A stretch of 64,000 bases of DNA from an uncultured Anaerolineaceae bacterium. Its GTDB lineage: Bacteria; Chloroflexota; Limnocylindria; Limnocylindrales; CSP1-4. This document shows, one piece after another, positions 39,109 through 49,642 of the stretch. The stretch covers positions 23,318-87,317 of the forward strand of contig CAYMTJ010000003.1 in the NCBI GenBank assembly GCA_964393345.1. Reading direction: 5' to 3'. Both the position numbers and the translations under genes were made by a program. The notes beneath the pieces are model-generated. The model was not told the DNA's origin. It saw only the letters and a list, made by a program, of their open reading frames with translations, and ran no database searches. Every line of letters starts with the position of its first letter. Positions within the stretch are counted from its first letter, which is position 1.

Positions 39109-40016
39109 TGGCCGGGATCCCCGTCATGGTGGGCGGTGTCGTGGCCGGCGACGAGCGACCGCTCGAAGGCCCCGCGATCCGGTTCGCCGACGCCCGATCG
39201 TCGGCTTCGGCGACGACGCATGTCGCGCTCCCGGCGTTCGATGGTCCGCTCGCCCTGCTGCTGTCGCTCATCGAGGCCCGCCGCTACGACGTGCTGACGG
39301 TGCCGCTCGGGGCGCTCGCCGAGGCGTACCTGGACGCGCTCGCCGGCCTCGAAGCCGACCGCCTCGGCAACGTGAGCAGCTTCGTCGCCGTCGCAAGCCA
39401 GCTCATCCTCATCAAGAGCCGGGCCCTGTTGCCACGGCCACCGGCCGCGGACGTGATCGCCGACGACGATACCCCCGATCCCGAGGCGGAGCTGCGGACG
39501 CGCCTCCTCCTGTACCGGGCCCACCGCGACGCCGGCATCCGGCTCGCCGAGGTGGCACGCGATCGGATCGGGCTGTTCCGGCGCGAACCGACCGTGGCCC
39601 GGGCGGCTGCCGTCGCGGGTGCGCGTCCGATGGGCGGGCCGCGACTCGACCCGGACCGGCTGGTCAAGGCCCTCGGCCGGCTCGTCGTGCTCGTCCCGCC
39701 GGTCGAGCTGCCGCCCGAGGTCATGGCGCGGACGATCACGCTCACCGAGCGCGCGGACATCATCCGTGCGGCCCTCCGTGACGCGCCGTCGGTCGTGCTC
39801 CAGGACCTACTCGCCGGCGTCCGCGACCGGGTCGTCGTCGCGATCACGTTCCTTGCCATGCTCGAGCTGATGAAGCGCCGCGAGATCGTCGTGTCGCAGG
39901 CCACCCCGTGGGGACCGATCGTCGCGCGGGCCACCACGACCGACGAACGCGCGGCGGCCGGACTGGCCGACGTCGAGGATGCGCCGATCGACGAGACCCT
40001 GGAGTCCTTCGCGTGA
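39108..40016 (+). CDS. scpA: Segregation and condensation protein A
   Basis: FDGPLALLLSLIEARRYDVLTVPLGALAEAYL... typical ScpA; ATG overlaps the upstream stop. Confidence 0.85.
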   Translation: MAGIPVMVGGVVAGDERPLEGPAIRFADARSSASATTHVALPAFDGPLALLLSLIEARRYDVLTVPLGALAEAYLDALAGLEADRLGNVSSFVAVASQLILIKSRALLPRPPAADVIADDDTPDPEAELRTRLLLYRAHRDAGIRLAEVARDRIGLFRREPTVARAAAVAGARPMGGPRLDPDRLVKALGRLVVLVPPVELPPEVMARTITLTERADIIRAALRDAPSVVLQDLLAGVRDRVVVAITFLAMLELMKRREIVVSQATPWGPIVARATTTDERAAAGLADVEDAPIDETLESFA

Positions 40017-40786
40017 CCGACGAGACGGTGCGCGTGGAGGACGACGCGACCATCCGCATCGACGATCGCATCGCCCCCGATCGCGACGCCACCGGCGAGA
40101 CGGGGACCACCGACGACTCGACGCCGCCTGACGATGCGCTGCCACCGATCGACCTGACCGAGGCCGCGCTCGAGGCCCTCCTGTTCGTGGCCGAGCGCCC
40201 GCTGTCGCGCCGGGAGATCGCCGGGCTGGCCGGCACGGACCGTGAGACCGTCGATGCCCGGCTCGGTGACCTCGAGGTCTCGCTCCGGGGGCGGGGGATC
40301 CAGCTGGTCCTCGATGGCGACCGCGTGGAGCTCACCACCACGCCCGCCGGTGGCGCGCTGGTGGCCCGCTACGTGGGCGCGGACGCCGTCCGGCTCTCGC
40401 CCGCGTCGCTCGAGACCCTCGCGATCGTCGCCTACCGCCAGCCGATCTCGAAAGGCGCGGTCGAGCGGATCCGTGGCGTCGACTCGGACTACACGATCCG
40501 CTCCCTTCTGCACCGGCGGCTCATCGTCGAACTGGGCCGGGCCGACGCTCCGGGTCGGCCCTACCTGTACGGCACCGCGTTCGAGTTCCTCGAGCGCTTC
40601 GGGCTCACGAGCGTCGAGGACCTGCCACCGCTCGATGTCGACGTGGCCGCGCGTCTGGCCGAGGAAGGGGAGGCGAACGTCCTGGCGGTCCCCGAGCCCA
40701 CGGCGGCGGACGCGCCCGACGCGACGGCAGCCGCGGCAGATGAAGGCATCGAAGGCGTGGGCGACGCAACGCCGGATCCGGCCTGA
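40013..40786 (+). CDS. scpB: Segregation and condensation protein B
   Basis: GTG 40013 overlaps the scpA stop; winged-helix repeats (EALLFVAERPLSRREIA; RGIQLVLDGDRVELTT; SPASLETLAIVAYRQPISKGAVERIRGV). Confidence 0.85.
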   Translation: MTDETVRVEDDATIRIDDRIAPDRDATGETGTTDDSTPPDDALPPIDLTEAALEALLFVAERPLSRREIAGLAGTDRETVDARLGDLEVSLRGRGIQLVLDGDRVELTTTPAGGALVARYVGADAVRLSPASLETLAIVAYRQPISKGAVERIRGVDSDYTIRSLLHRRLIVELGRADAPGRPYLYGTAFEFLERFGLTSVEDLPPLDVDVAARLAEEGEANVLAVPEPTAADAPDATAAAADEGIEGVGDATPDPA

Positions 40787-41592
40787 TGGCGACGGAACGG
40801 CTCCAGAAGGTCCTCGCGGCGGCCGGCGTGGCGTCACGGCGGCAGAGCGAGGTCCTGATCGCGAACGGGCGCGTCACGGTCGACGGCCGGGTCGCGACGC
40901 TGGGATCGCAGGTGGATCCGGATCGCGCGGTGATCACCGTCGACGGCCGGGTCATCGGCGAGAAAGCCGCGCCCACGTATCTGCTGCTGCACAAGCCCGG
41001 CGGCGTCACCTCCACGGCGCGGGACCGCCACGCGCCCAGGACCGTCATGGATCTGCTGCCGACCGCACTCGTGCCGCACGGCGCGCGCCTCTACCCGGTC
41101 GGCCGGCTGGACCAGGACTCCGAGGGCCTCCTGATCCTGACCAACGACGGCGACTGGGCCGAGCGCGTGCTGCATCCACGGTTCGGCGTCGAGCGGGAGT
41201 ACGCGCTGGGCCTGCGTGAACCGCTCGAGAAGGCGCAGGTGGAAACCCTCCGTGCCGGCGTCGCCCTCGACGAGGGGCCGGCGGAACTCTCCGGGCTGCG
41301 GGCCATGAGCACGTTCGAGACGGACAAGCTCATCGCGCTCATCGCCCCGCCACCACCGCCGCTGCACTGGTATCGCGCCACGCTCGGGCAGGGGATGAAG
41401 CGCCAGCTGCGCCGGATGTTCGGGTCGGTCGGCGCCCCCATCGAGCGGCTGGCCCGCGTCCGGATCGGGCCGGTCCGCATCGACGGCCTGCGCTCGGGCG
41501 CCGTCCGGCCCCTCAAAGCCCCGGAGGTCCGCGGTCTCGCGGGCGGCGGCGGGCGCAGCCAGCGACCGAACCGCGTGGAGGGGCGGTCGTGA
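40786..41592 (+). CDS. rluB: Pseudouridine synthase, RluB/RsuA family
   Basis: S4 domain (RLQKVLAAAGVASRRQSEVLI) and catalytic VGRLDQDSEGLLILTNDG. Confidence 0.85.
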   Translation: MATERLQKVLAAAGVASRRQSEVLIANGRVTVDGRVATLGSQVDPDRAVITVDGRVIGEKAAPTYLLLHKPGGVTSTARDRHAPRTVMDLLPTALVPHGARLYPVGRLDQDSEGLLILTNDGDWAERVLHPRFGVEREYALGLREPLEKAQVETLRAGVALDEGPAELSGLRAMSTFETDKLIALIAPPPPPLHWYRATLGQGMKRQLRRMFGSVGAPIERLARVRIGPVRIDGLRSGAVRPLKAPEVRGLAGGGGRSQRPNRVEGRS

Positions 41593-42260
41593 TCGTCGCG
41601 CTCGATGGGCCCGGGTCGTCGGGCAAGAGCAGCGTCGGGGCCGCCGCGGCCGCCCTGCTCGGGTACCGCTTCTGCGACACGGGGCTCCTCTACCGCGCGG
41701 TGACGTGGCTGGCGGAGCATCGTGGCGTGGCCGTGGACGATCCCGTCGCGCTCAGCGCGCTCGTCGCCGAGGTGGAGCTGGTCCCCGACGAGCTCGGGCG
41801 GCTGTCCCGCGTCCTCGTCGACGGGACGGAACACACCGACGACGTCCGGAGTCCGGCGGTCGATGCCGCCGTGTCGGCGGTCGCCGCGGTACCGATGCTT
41901 CGTGACGCGCTGCTCGCCCGCCAGCGGGACCTGGCCGCGGATGGCTCGATCATCATGGCCGGCCGTGACATCGGCACCGTCGTGCTGCCCGACGCGGATC
42001 TCAAGATCTTCCTCGATGCGTCGGTCGAGGAGCGCGCCCGACGACGGGCCGAGGAGCGCGGCCTGGCGATCGACGGCCCGGAAGCCGAGGAGATCCTCGA
42101 GGCCCTGCGGCGACGCGACGACCTCGACCGGAACCGGCCCGTGGCACCGCTCCGTCCGGCGACGGACGCCCGGATCATCTCGACCGATGGCAACGCGTTC
42201 GAGGACACGGTGGAGGCAGTCGTGAGCACCATCCGCGACGCTGCCGCGAGACTCGCGTGA
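41589..42260 (+). CDS. cmk: Cytidylate kinase
   Basis: P-loop VALDGPGSSGKSS, LLYRAVT, lid region; GTG start overlaps the rluB stop. Confidence 0.85.
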   Translation: MIVALDGPGSSGKSSVGAAAAALLGYRFCDTGLLYRAVTWLAEHRGVAVDDPVALSALVAEVELVPDELGRLSRVLVDGTEHTDDVRSPAVDAAVSAVAAVPMLRDALLARQRDLAADGSIIMAGRDIGTVVLPDADLKIFLDASVEERARRRAEERGLAIDGPEAEEILEALRRRDDLDRNRPVAPLRPATDARIISTDGNAFEDTVEAVVSTIRDAAARLA

Positions 42261-43009
42261 CCGACGCCGGCGCAACGACGCCGACCCCCGCGCCCGCGCC
42301 CGTCGACGCCCCGGAACCCATCGACGGCTCGGTCACTCCGCTCATCCTGGCCGTCGCCTTCGTGTCGCGGTTCTTCGCCCGCGCGATCAGCCGCATCCGC
42401 TTCGAGGGCGACCCCGACGCGATCCCCAAGACCGGGCCGCTCATCATCGCGGCGAACCACGCGTCGAACTTCGATCCCGTCGTGCTCGGTGCCTGGCTCG
42501 CGCCCCGGCTCGGGCGCCGGATGCACTGGCTCGGCAAGAAGGAGCTGTTCGACTGGCCGATCCTCGGCTGGCTGGCGCGCAACGGCGGGGTCCATCCGGT
42601 GGACCGCGATGCCGCCGACGTCGACGCCTTTCGGCTCGCCAAGCGCATCCTCGACGAGGGGCACGCGCTGTTCGTCTTCCCGGAGGGGACCCGCAGCCGG
42701 GACGGCGCCCTCCAGGTCGCGAGGGACGGGGTCGCGGTGCTGGCCCTGCGTACGGACGCCACGATCCTGCCCATCGGGATCAGCGGCTCGCAGCGTGTCT
42801 GGCCGCGCGGTCAGAAGCTGCCGCACCCGGGCGGTCGCGTCTCGGTGCGGATCGGGCGCCCGTTCCGTCTCGCCGACGAACTGCCCGCCGACGTGGATCG
42901 CAAGGCCGCGAAACGCCTCGCCACGGACCACATCATGCGGCGCATCGCCGAGCTGCTCCCCGTCGACCAGCGAGGTGCCTACGGAGGGTCCGACGAACGT
43001 CCCGTGTGA
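42257..43009 (+). CDS. plsC: 1-acyl-sn-glycerol-3-phosphate acyltransferase family (PlsC-like)
   Basis: NHASNFD (HX4D) and FPEGTRS motifs. Confidence 0.75.
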   Translation: MTDAGATTPTPAPAPVDAPEPIDGSVTPLILAVAFVSRFFARAISRIRFEGDPDAIPKTGPLIIAANHASNFDPVVLGAWLAPRLGRRMHWLGKKELFDWPILGWLARNGGVHPVDRDAADVDAFRLAKRILDEGHALFVFPEGTRSRDGALQVARDGVAVLALRTDATILPIGISGSQRVWPRGQKLPHPGGRVSVRIGRPFRLADELPADVDRKAAKRLATDHIMRRIAELLPVDQRGAYGGSDERPV

Positions 43010-43019
43010 TAATCGACGC

Positions 43020-43997
43020 ATGGGAACCGTCCAGGAGGTCCGCATCGCCAAGCGCACCGGCTTCTGCTATGGCGTGCGCGAAGCGATCGACAAGGCCAAG
43101 GAATCGGCGGCCGCCGGGAAGACGACGCACACCCTCGGTCAGGTCGTCCACAACGACGGGGTCGTGCGCGACCTCAAGGATCTCGGGATCCGGACCGTCG
43201 ACACCCTCGACGACGTCGACCACGGGGCGGCGGTCGTCATCCGGGCGCATGGCGTACGGCCGGACGTCCTGGAGCGCGCCGACGCGCGCGGCCTCGAGGT
43301 GATCGACGGGACCTGCACGTGGGTGATCGCCGAGCAGCGCGAACTGCGCAAGCTCGTCGACGAGGGCTACACGATCGTCCTGCTCGGCACCCCGAACCAT
43401 CCCGAGGTGGTCGGCCTGCTCGGCTTCGCGCCCGACGCGATCGTCGTCGACGAGGAGGAGGAGTGGGAGGCGGCCGTCCCGCGCCGCAAGAAGCTCGCGC
43501 TGATCAGCCAGTCCACGCAGCCGCCCTGGAAGTTCGAGCGACTCGCCGCGCTGATGGTCTCGCGCTCGCACGAGCTCAAGATCATCAACACGGTCTGCCC
43601 GGTCACGATCCGCCGCCAGGAGGACACGATCGAGCTGGCACGGGACGTGGAACTGATGGTGGTCGTGGGCGGCAAGTCCAGTGCGAACACCAAGGAACTC
43701 ACGCGCCTGTGCGAGATCAACGGGACGCACGCCGTCCAGATCCAGGGCGTGAAGGACCTGACCGATCCGGCCGTCTTCGACGGCAGGACCGTCATCGGGG
43801 TGACCGGTGGCACGTCCACGCCGATCGAGGACCTGCGCGAGGTCGCGCACTGGATCCTCGCGAACGCCGGGACGCCCGAGGTCCAGCGCGACGCCTCCGC
43901 GCTCGCTGACGCCGCACTCGCCGATGCGGCCACACCGGCCGGACGGACCACCTCCCTCCCGAACCCGCCGCGCGTCATCGCCTCCGGCGCCGCCTGA
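43020..43997 (+). CDS. ispH: 4-hydroxy-3-methylbut-2-enyl diphosphate reductase (IspH/LytB)
   Basis: ATG 43020. Conserved Cys in FCYGV, CTWV and VCPVT contexts; [16 protein letters not shown]. Confidence 0.85.
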   Translation: MGTVQEVRIAKRTGFCYGVREAIDKAKESAAAGKTTHTLGQVVHNDGVVRDLKDLGIRTVDTLDDVDHGAAVVIRAHGVRPDVLERADARGLEVIDGTCTWVIAEQRELRKLVDEGYTIVLLGTPNHPEVVGLLGFAPDAIVVDEEEEWEAAVPRRKKLALISQSTQPPWKFERLAALMVSRSHELKIINTVCPVTIRRQEDTIELARDVELMVVVGGKSSANTKELTRLCEINGTHAVQIQGVKDLTDPAVFDGRTVIGVTGGTSTPIEDLREVAHWILANAGTPEVQRDASALADAALADAATPAGRTTSLPNPPRVIASGAA

Positions 43998-43999
43998 CC

Positions 44000-45640
44000 G
44001 TGGCGGGGCACCAGAGCGGCCTGCCGGTCGTCGCGATCGTCGGGCGCCCGAACGTGGGCAAGAGCACGCTCTTCAACCGGATCGTCGGGGGACGGACGGC
44101 GATCGTGGAGGACCGCGCCCACACCACGCGGGACCGCCTGTACGGCGACACCGAGTGGAACGGCCGCCGGTTCGTGCTCGTCGATACGGGTGGGTTGGAG
44201 CTCGATCCGGACGACCTGATCGAAGCCGCGGTCCAGGACCAGGCGCGCCTCGCGATCGCCGAGGCGGACGTGATCGTATTCGTCGTCGACGCCGTGGCCG
44301 GGCTGATGCCGCCCGATCAGGAGGCGGCCGACATCCTGCGCCGGGCGAAGGCGCCGGTCATCGTGGCCGTCAACAAGGCCGACAACGAGAAGCGCGAGCT
44401 CGAGGGCGCGGAATTCCATGCGCTGGGTTGGGACGAAACGTACGCGATCTCCGCGACGCACGGGCGGGGCACGGGCGACCTGCTCGATGCCATCGTGTGG
44501 GCGCTGCCACCGGAAAGCGAACGCGAGATCGCGCGCAAGGCGCGCGAGGCCGAAGCCGAGGCGTGGGCCGACGAGGTCGCCGCCGGACGCCTCGAACCGC
44601 TGATCGTGGGCGATGCCGATGACGACGCGGACGCCAACGCTGACGGTCTCGACGCCGAACCCGACATCGACCTCACCGCGCTCGACCCCGAGGCCGCGAA
44701 GTGGGACGCGGCCATGGCGGCCGACGAGGCGGCAGGACCCGCGGCCATCGCGTTCGTCGGGCGCCCGAACGTCGGCAAGTCGAGCCTGGTCAACGCCCTG
44801 CTGGGCGAGGAGCGGGCGATCGTCTCGGACGTGCCCGGGACGACCCGTGACGCGATCGACACGCGTCTCGCGTGGGGGCGCAGCGAGGTCGTCCTGATCG
44901 ACACGGCCGGGATCCGGCGACGCGGCAAGGTCGCCGGCGGTGCGGCCGCCGAGAAGTACTCGACGATCCGCGCGCTCCACGCGCTGAGCCGGGCGGACGT
45001 CGCCGTGCTCGTCGTCGATGCGGTCGAAGGCCTGACATCGCAGGACGCCCACGTCGCGGGTTACGTCGTCGAGGAGGGCAAGGGGCTCGTCATCGCGGTG
45101 AACAAGTGGGATCTCGTGGCCGATAAGACCGATCGGACCTTCGACCAGTACGTGGAGTGGATCCGCAACGAGGTGCCGTTCCTGGACTTCGCGCCGATCC
45201 TGTCGATCAGCGCCAAGACCGGACAGCGCGTGGGTCGCGTCCTGGAGGCCGCGATCGACATCTGGGGAGAGCGCCGCAAGCGCATCGCCACCGGCGCCCT
45301 GAACCGGATGCTGATGGCCGCCACGGAGCGGACGCCACCGCCGCCGGTCCGCGGCCGACGACCGCGACTCTTCTACGCGACCCAGGCCGCGGTCGCGCCA
45401 CCCACGTTCGTCTTCTTCGCCTCGGACGCGTCCGCGGTCCACTTCAGCTATCGCCGGTACCTCGAGAACCGCCTGCGCGAGACGTTCGGGTTCGACGGGA
45501 CGCCGATCAAACTCGTGTTCCGGGACCGCGCGTCGGTCAAGTTGCCGCGGAAGAAGCGGGCCCGGTCCGGGGCGGCGGCGACACCCAGCAGGAAGGCGCC
45601 GCGGCGCACAAGCGCGAGCCAGGCTCGTCGACCCGGCTGA
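44000..45640 (+). CDS. der: Ribosome-biogenesis GTPase Der (EngA) with Asp/Ala-rich inter-domain insert
   Basis: Two G domains ([13 protein letters not shown]... and [14 protein letters not shown]), KH-like C-terminus. An unusual ~60-aa acidic insert ([26 protein letters not shown]) lies between the GTPase domains. Confidence 0.85.
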   Translation: MAGHQSGLPVVAIVGRPNVGKSTLFNRIVGGRTAIVEDRAHTTRDRLYGDTEWNGRRFVLVDTGGLELDPDDLIEAAVQDQARLAIAEADVIVFVVDAVAGLMPPDQEAADILRRAKAPVIVAVNKADNEKRELEGAEFHALGWDETYAISATHGRGTGDLLDAIVWALPPESEREIARKAREAEAEAWADEVAAGRLEPLIVGDADDDADANADGLDAEPDIDLTALDPEAAKWDAAMAADEAAGPAAIAFVGRPNVGKSSLVNALLGEERAIVSDVPGTTRDAIDTRLAWGRSEVVLIDTAGIRRRGKVAGGAAAEKYSTIRALHALSRADVAVLVVDAVEGLTSQDAHVAGYVVEEGKGLVIAVNKWDLVADKTDRTFDQYVEWIRNEVPFLDFAPILSISAKTGQRVGRVLEAAIDIWGERRKRIATGALNRMLMAATERTPPPPVRGRRPRLFYATQAAVAPPTFVFFASDASAVHFSYRRYLENRLRETFGFDGTPIKLVFRDRASVKLPRKKRARSGAAATPSRKAPRRTSASQARRPG

Positions 45641-46683
45641 TGGACGGACCACGCGTCGCCGTCGTCGGTGCCGGAGCGTGGGGGACGACGCTCGCCCGCC
45701 TGATCGGGCGGCAGGAGCCGGTCACGCTGCTCGCGCACACCCGGGCGACCGCGACGGCGATCAACGAGACGCATCGGAATCAGGCCCGGCTCCCGGATGT
45801 CGAGCTGCCCGCGTCGGTCGTCGCGAGCGCGGATGCGGCGTCCCTCGCGAGTGCCGCCGATCTCGTCCTGTTCGCCACGCCGTCCGCCCACCTGCGCGCG
45901 ATGGCCGGCCGCGTGGCCCCGTACGTGGCGCCCAGCGCCGACATCGTCTCCGTCGTGAAGGGCCTGGAGCAGGGGACCCTGCTGCGGATGAGCGAGGTGA
46001 TCGCGGACGCTGCGGGGATCGCGCCGAGCCGGATCGCGGCGCTATCCGGTCCGAACCTCGCGGCCGAGGTCGCCCGCAACCTGCCCGCATCGGCGGTCGT
46101 GGCCGCGGCGGACCTCGCGCTCGCCGAGCGTGTCGCCGCCAGGCTCGGGCGCCGTCGATTCCGGTTGTACGTCAATCAGGACATCCTGGGCGTGGAGCTC
46201 GCGGGGGCCCTCAAGAACGTCGTCGCGATCGCCGCAGGTGCGGTGGATGAGCTCGGCTTCGGCGATAACGGCAAGGCCGGGCTCCTGACGCGTGGGCTCG
46301 CCGAGATGACCCGCCTCGGGATCGCCGCCGGCGCGAACCCGCTGACCTTCGCCGGGCTGGCCGGGATGGGCGACCTCATCGCCACCTGCGGCTCGACCCT
46401 GTCACGGAACCACCGGCTGGGCGTGGAACTGGCCAGGGGCCGGACGTGGGCGGAGATCGAGCGTGACCTGCCGGGCACCGCGGAGGGCGCCTACACCGTC
46501 CGGGCCGCGCTGGCCCTGGCGGACCGACTCGGCGTCGAGATGCCGATCGCCCGCGAGGTGGAGCGGGCGCTCTTCGAGGGCAAGAGCGTCCAGCGCTGCC
46601 TCGTCGATCTGCTCGCGCGAGAGTCGAAGGACGAGCTCTCGGACGCGACCGCCTGGCTCGAGCGGCAGCGCGGCGACGCCTAG
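45640..46683 (+). CDS. gpsA: NAD(P)H-dependent glycerol-3-phosphate dehydrogenase
   Basis: Rossmann VAVVGAGAWGTTLA, LSGPNLAAEV, GALKNVVAIAAG; ATG overlaps the der stop by 1 nt. Confidence 0.85.
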   Translation: MDGPRVAVVGAGAWGTTLARLIGRQEPVTLLAHTRATATAINETHRNQARLPDVELPASVVASADAASLASAADLVLFATPSAHLRAMAGRVAPYVAPSADIVSVVKGLEQGTLLRMSEVIADAAGIAPSRIAALSGPNLAAEVARNLPASAVVAAADLALAERVAARLGRRRFRLYVNQDILGVELAGALKNVVAIAAGAVDELGFGDNGKAGLLTRGLAEMTRLGIAAGANPLTFAGLAGMGDLIATCGSTLSRNHRLGVELARGRTWAEIERDLPGTAEGAYTVRAALALADRLGVEMPIAREVERALFEGKSVQRCLVDLLARESKDELSDATAWLERQRGDA

Positions 46684-46733
46684 GGTCGTGCGGGCCGGCT
46701 CCGACGGGGCAGGGTGCTAGACTCCTCGCCTGT

Positions 46734-46810
46734 CGGGGCGTGGCGCAGTCTGGTAGCGCACCAGTCTGGGGGACTGGTGGTCGTGGGTTCGAATCCCGCC
46801 GCCCCGACCA
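46734..46810 (+). tRNA. tRNA-Pro (anticodon GGG)
   Basis: Manual fold: acceptor CGGGGCG/CGCCCCG (7 bp), D-arm GCGC/GCGC, anticodon stem CCAGT/ACTGG with loop CTGGGGG (anticodon GGG), T-arm GTGGG TTCGAAT CCCGC, encoded CCA. Confidence 0.85.
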
Positions 46811-46852
46811 TTTCCTGAGTGCGAATCGGCCCGGTGGCAGTTGGCGGTCGCC

Positions 46853-46875
46853 CCGGGCCGGATGAACCGGCCCGG
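46853..46875 (+). terminator. Hairpin (CCGGGCCGG atgaa CCGGCCCGG) 42 bp downstream of tRNA-Pro
   Basis: Perfect 9-bp inverted repeat with a 5-nt loop; plausible tRNA transcript terminator. Confidence 0.35.
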
Positions 46876-46931
46876 TCCCGACGGGAACGGTCCGTCTGGC
46901 CCTTCCTGGACCCCGGGATCGACCATCGAGA

Positions 46932-48341
46932 ATGGGGGCGATGGAGCCAGACCTGCCGATGACTCCGGCCGCCCCTGCGGTGGCGCCCGATGTGGACGCG
47001 TCAAGCGACCCGGGGCGTCGCCGCTGGAAGGTCATCGTTGGTGCCCTGATCGTCCAGGTCGTCCTCGGCACCGTCTACGGGTTCAGCGTCTTCGTCACGC
47101 CGCTCCAGGAGGAGTTCGGCTGGGACCGGGCGACCACTCAATGGGCGTTCTCGCTCGCGCTGGCCACGTTCGCGGCGGTCATGATCCCGGCCGGCCGCCT
47201 CCAGGATCGCATCGGCCCGCGACGTGTCGCGTCGCTCGGGGGCGTCCTGCTCGGCGCGTCCTTCCTGCTGGGCGCCCTCCTCATTTCCGGCGATCGACCA
47301 TGGGCGCTGTTCCTGACGTACGGGCTCATCGGCGGGGCCGGGATCGGGTTCGCCTATGTCTGCCCCATCGCGGCCGCGACGAAGTGGTACCCGGAGCGCA
47401 AGGGACTGATCACCGGCCTCGCGGTCGCGGGGTTCGGCGCGGGTGCGCTGTTCTTCGCGGGGCCCGCGTCGACGCTGCTCCTTCCGCCCTCCGGCGATGG
47501 GGAGGCCCTCGGGATCTCGCAGATCCTCCTGGTCGGCCTGGGCGTGTCCCCGGGCGAGGGCTTCGGCATCGGCTGGCAGGCGTTCTTCATCCTCCACGGC
47601 ATGGTCAGCCTCGGCGCAGTCCTCGTGGGAGCGACGCTCCTTTCGAATCCTCCGGAGGGCTGGCGACCCGCCGGATGGCGACCGCCGGCACTCGCGGGAC
47701 GCCGCGTGGACCTCGATTGGCGCGAGATGCTCGACACGCCGCTGTCCTCGATGCTCTGGCTGTCGTTCATCTTCGGTGCGACGTCGGGCCTGATGGCGAT
47801 CGGCCAATGGACGCCGATGATGGCCGAGGTCCTCGACGGAAGGACCTTCGCGCCCGAGTGGATGGGCAGCTTCGGCCGGTTCGTCGAGCCTGTCGGTGTC
47901 CTGGCGATCTTCAACGCCCTCGGCCGGATCTTCTGGGGCCGCGTCAGCGATGCCATCGATCGACCACGCGCGATGATGATCATGTTCCTCTTCCAGGGCA
48001 TGGCCTTCATGCTGCTGGTCAGCGCCCAGACGCCGCTGACGGTCTTCCTCGCGTCGGCCTGGGTGGGGCTGAACTTCGGGGGCAACTTCGCGCTCTTCCC
48101 GGCGGCCACGTCGGACTACTTCGGGGCACGCCATCTTGGGGTGAACTACGGCTGGATCTTCACCGCCTATGGCGTCGCCGGGATCATGGGGCCTGCCGTG
48201 GGTGGGGTGCTGTTCGACGCGACGGGCGGGTATGTCCTCGCGTTCGTGTTCGCGGGCACGCTCTGCTTCCTCGCGGCCGGCTGCTCGGTCGTGGTCTGGG
48301 GGCTGGCTCGTGCGGAGGACATGCGCACCGCCGGGACCTGA
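46932..48341 (+). CDS. MFS transporter, oxalate/formate antiporter (OFA) family-like
   Basis: 12-TM MFS pattern; N-terminal KVIVGALIVQVVLGTVYGFSVF and loop motifs typical of the OFA subfamily. Confidence 0.7.
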   Translation: MGAMEPDLPMTPAAPAVAPDVDASSDPGRRRWKVIVGALIVQVVLGTVYGFSVFVTPLQEEFGWDRATTQWAFSLALATFAAVMIPAGRLQDRIGPRRVASLGGVLLGASFLLGALLISGDRPWALFLTYGLIGGAGIGFAYVCPIAAATKWYPERKGLITGLAVAGFGAGALFFAGPASTLLLPPSGDGEALGISQILLVGLGVSPGEGFGIGWQAFFILHGMVSLGAVLVGATLLSNPPEGWRPAGWRPPALAGRRVDLDWREMLDTPLSSMLWLSFIFGATSGLMAIGQWTPMMAEVLDGRTFAPEWMGSFGRFVEPVGVLAIFNALGRIFWGRVSDAIDRPRAMMIMFLFQGMAFMLLVSAQTPLTVFLASAWVGLNFGGNFALFPAATSDYFGARHLGVNYGWIFTAYGVAGIMGPAVGGVLFDATGGYVLAFVFAGTLCFLAAGCSVVVWGLARAEDMRTAGT

Positions 48342-48443
48342 GCGAGATGGTTCCGGCGCCGAGGATCGCGCCACTGACGCGATCGAGCATCCGCCGCTGG
48401 ACGACCGCGGTAGGGTGAGTCTCGGCGATCGTTAGGCCCCCCG

Positions 48444-48905
48444 TTGAGCCTGTCGCTCACGCCAACGAGTTACAAGGAGGCTCGCTCCGTGACCGGCGAC
48501 TCGACCGCGCCGATCCTGGCCTTCGCGGGATCCCTGTACGTGGCGCTCGATGCCGATGACATCGAAGCGTTCGTCGAGCTCTGCGCGGACGATGTGGTCA
48601 TCGCGTACCCCGCCGCCGCGCTGCTGCCCTACGGCGGCACCTGGCAGGGACACGACGGGGTGCGGCGGTTCCTCGACGCGCACGACGACGCAGAGGAGAT
48701 CCTGAGGTTTGAGCCGGGCAGGATGGCCGCCGATGGCGACACGGTCTTCGTCCTCGGATCCTTCGAGGGCAGGGCGAGACCGGGTGGCGTCGTCTGGACC
48801 ACCGACTTCGTCCACGTGCTCACGATCAGGGCCGATCGACTCGTTCGGTGGGCGGCCTACTTCGACACGGCCGCCGCCGTCCAGGCGCACGGATCCCGAC
48901 GGTGA
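48444..48905 (+). CDS. SnoaL-like / NTF2-like fold protein
   Basis: FVELCADDVVIAYP...GTWQGHDGVRRFL...FVHVLTIRADRLVRWAAYFD pattern of SnoaL_2/ketosteroid-isomerase-like proteins. An internal GTG near 48489 is an alternative start. Confidence 0.55.
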   Translation: MSLSLTPTSYKEARSVTGDSTAPILAFAGSLYVALDADDIEAFVELCADDVVIAYPAAALLPYGGTWQGHDGVRRFLDAHDDAEEILRFEPGRMAADGDTVFVLGSFEGRARPGGVVWTTDFVHVLTIRADRLVRWAAYFDTAAAVQAHGSRR

Positions 48906-48973
48906 GGCGCCGCGACTGATCGCGCGGATCAGGAACGTCCGCCGCTCGGCGGCGAGCGGCGCCGGATGTCGCC

Positions 48974-49183
48974 TCAGTCCGCGAGGGGGTCCTCGGCCGG
49001 CGGGCGCCACTCAGGGTGCGCGGCCGCCGCGGCCGCAAAGGCTTCGTGATACGCGATCCGCGCCTGCTCTTCGACGGCCGCGGCGGCGTGCCACTCCGGG
49101 CTCGCGGGATCGGCGGCGGCGAGGCGTTGCGTCGCCTCGCGCCAGGCGGCGAGGGCTTGGGCGGCGGCGGCACGCTCGGGCAT
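48974..49183 (-). CDS. Small hypothetical Ala-rich protein
   Basis: Minus ORF 48974..49225, start uncertain (MPERAAAA... at 49183); contains the duplicated HPEW/PEWH motif. No family recognised. Confidence 0.25.
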   Translation of the reverse strand: MPERAAAAQALAAWREATQRLAAADPASPEWHAAAAVEEQARIAYHEAFAAAAAAHPEWRPPAEDPLAD

Positions 49184-49642
49184 GGGCGACGGGCCTCGGT
49201 GACGGGGTTCGAGGGTCCCGATCACGCTCGGGTGCCCGAGCCTAGCACGACGCCCGGGGTGTCGACCAGCGGAGATGGGACTGAAAGGCCATCATCGGCG
49301 GCACGACTGCGACCGCGATGGCGGTGTCCCTACGGTCGTGTCGGCCGCCGCGAAGGTCCTGGACCTCGTCAGCGGACCTCTCGAGCCCGGTCCCCTCAGC
49401 CGTCGGGGCCGGGCTCAAACGATCGTGGCGTCCCCGCCATCGCCGCGCGAGGACCGATGCGCGCGAGCCCCCGACCCACCTGCTTCCTGATCGCCGATGT
49501 CCTCGTGGCGCCCTGCCGCGATGGCCCGCTGGCCGGGTTCGCCCCGCGGGTGCTGATCGACTGACGGCGGCGCCGACGCCGGTCGCGGCGGCGCAGGACC
49601 GGTGGTGGCCGACGGCCGGCCGGAGGACTATCGTGGTCGACG

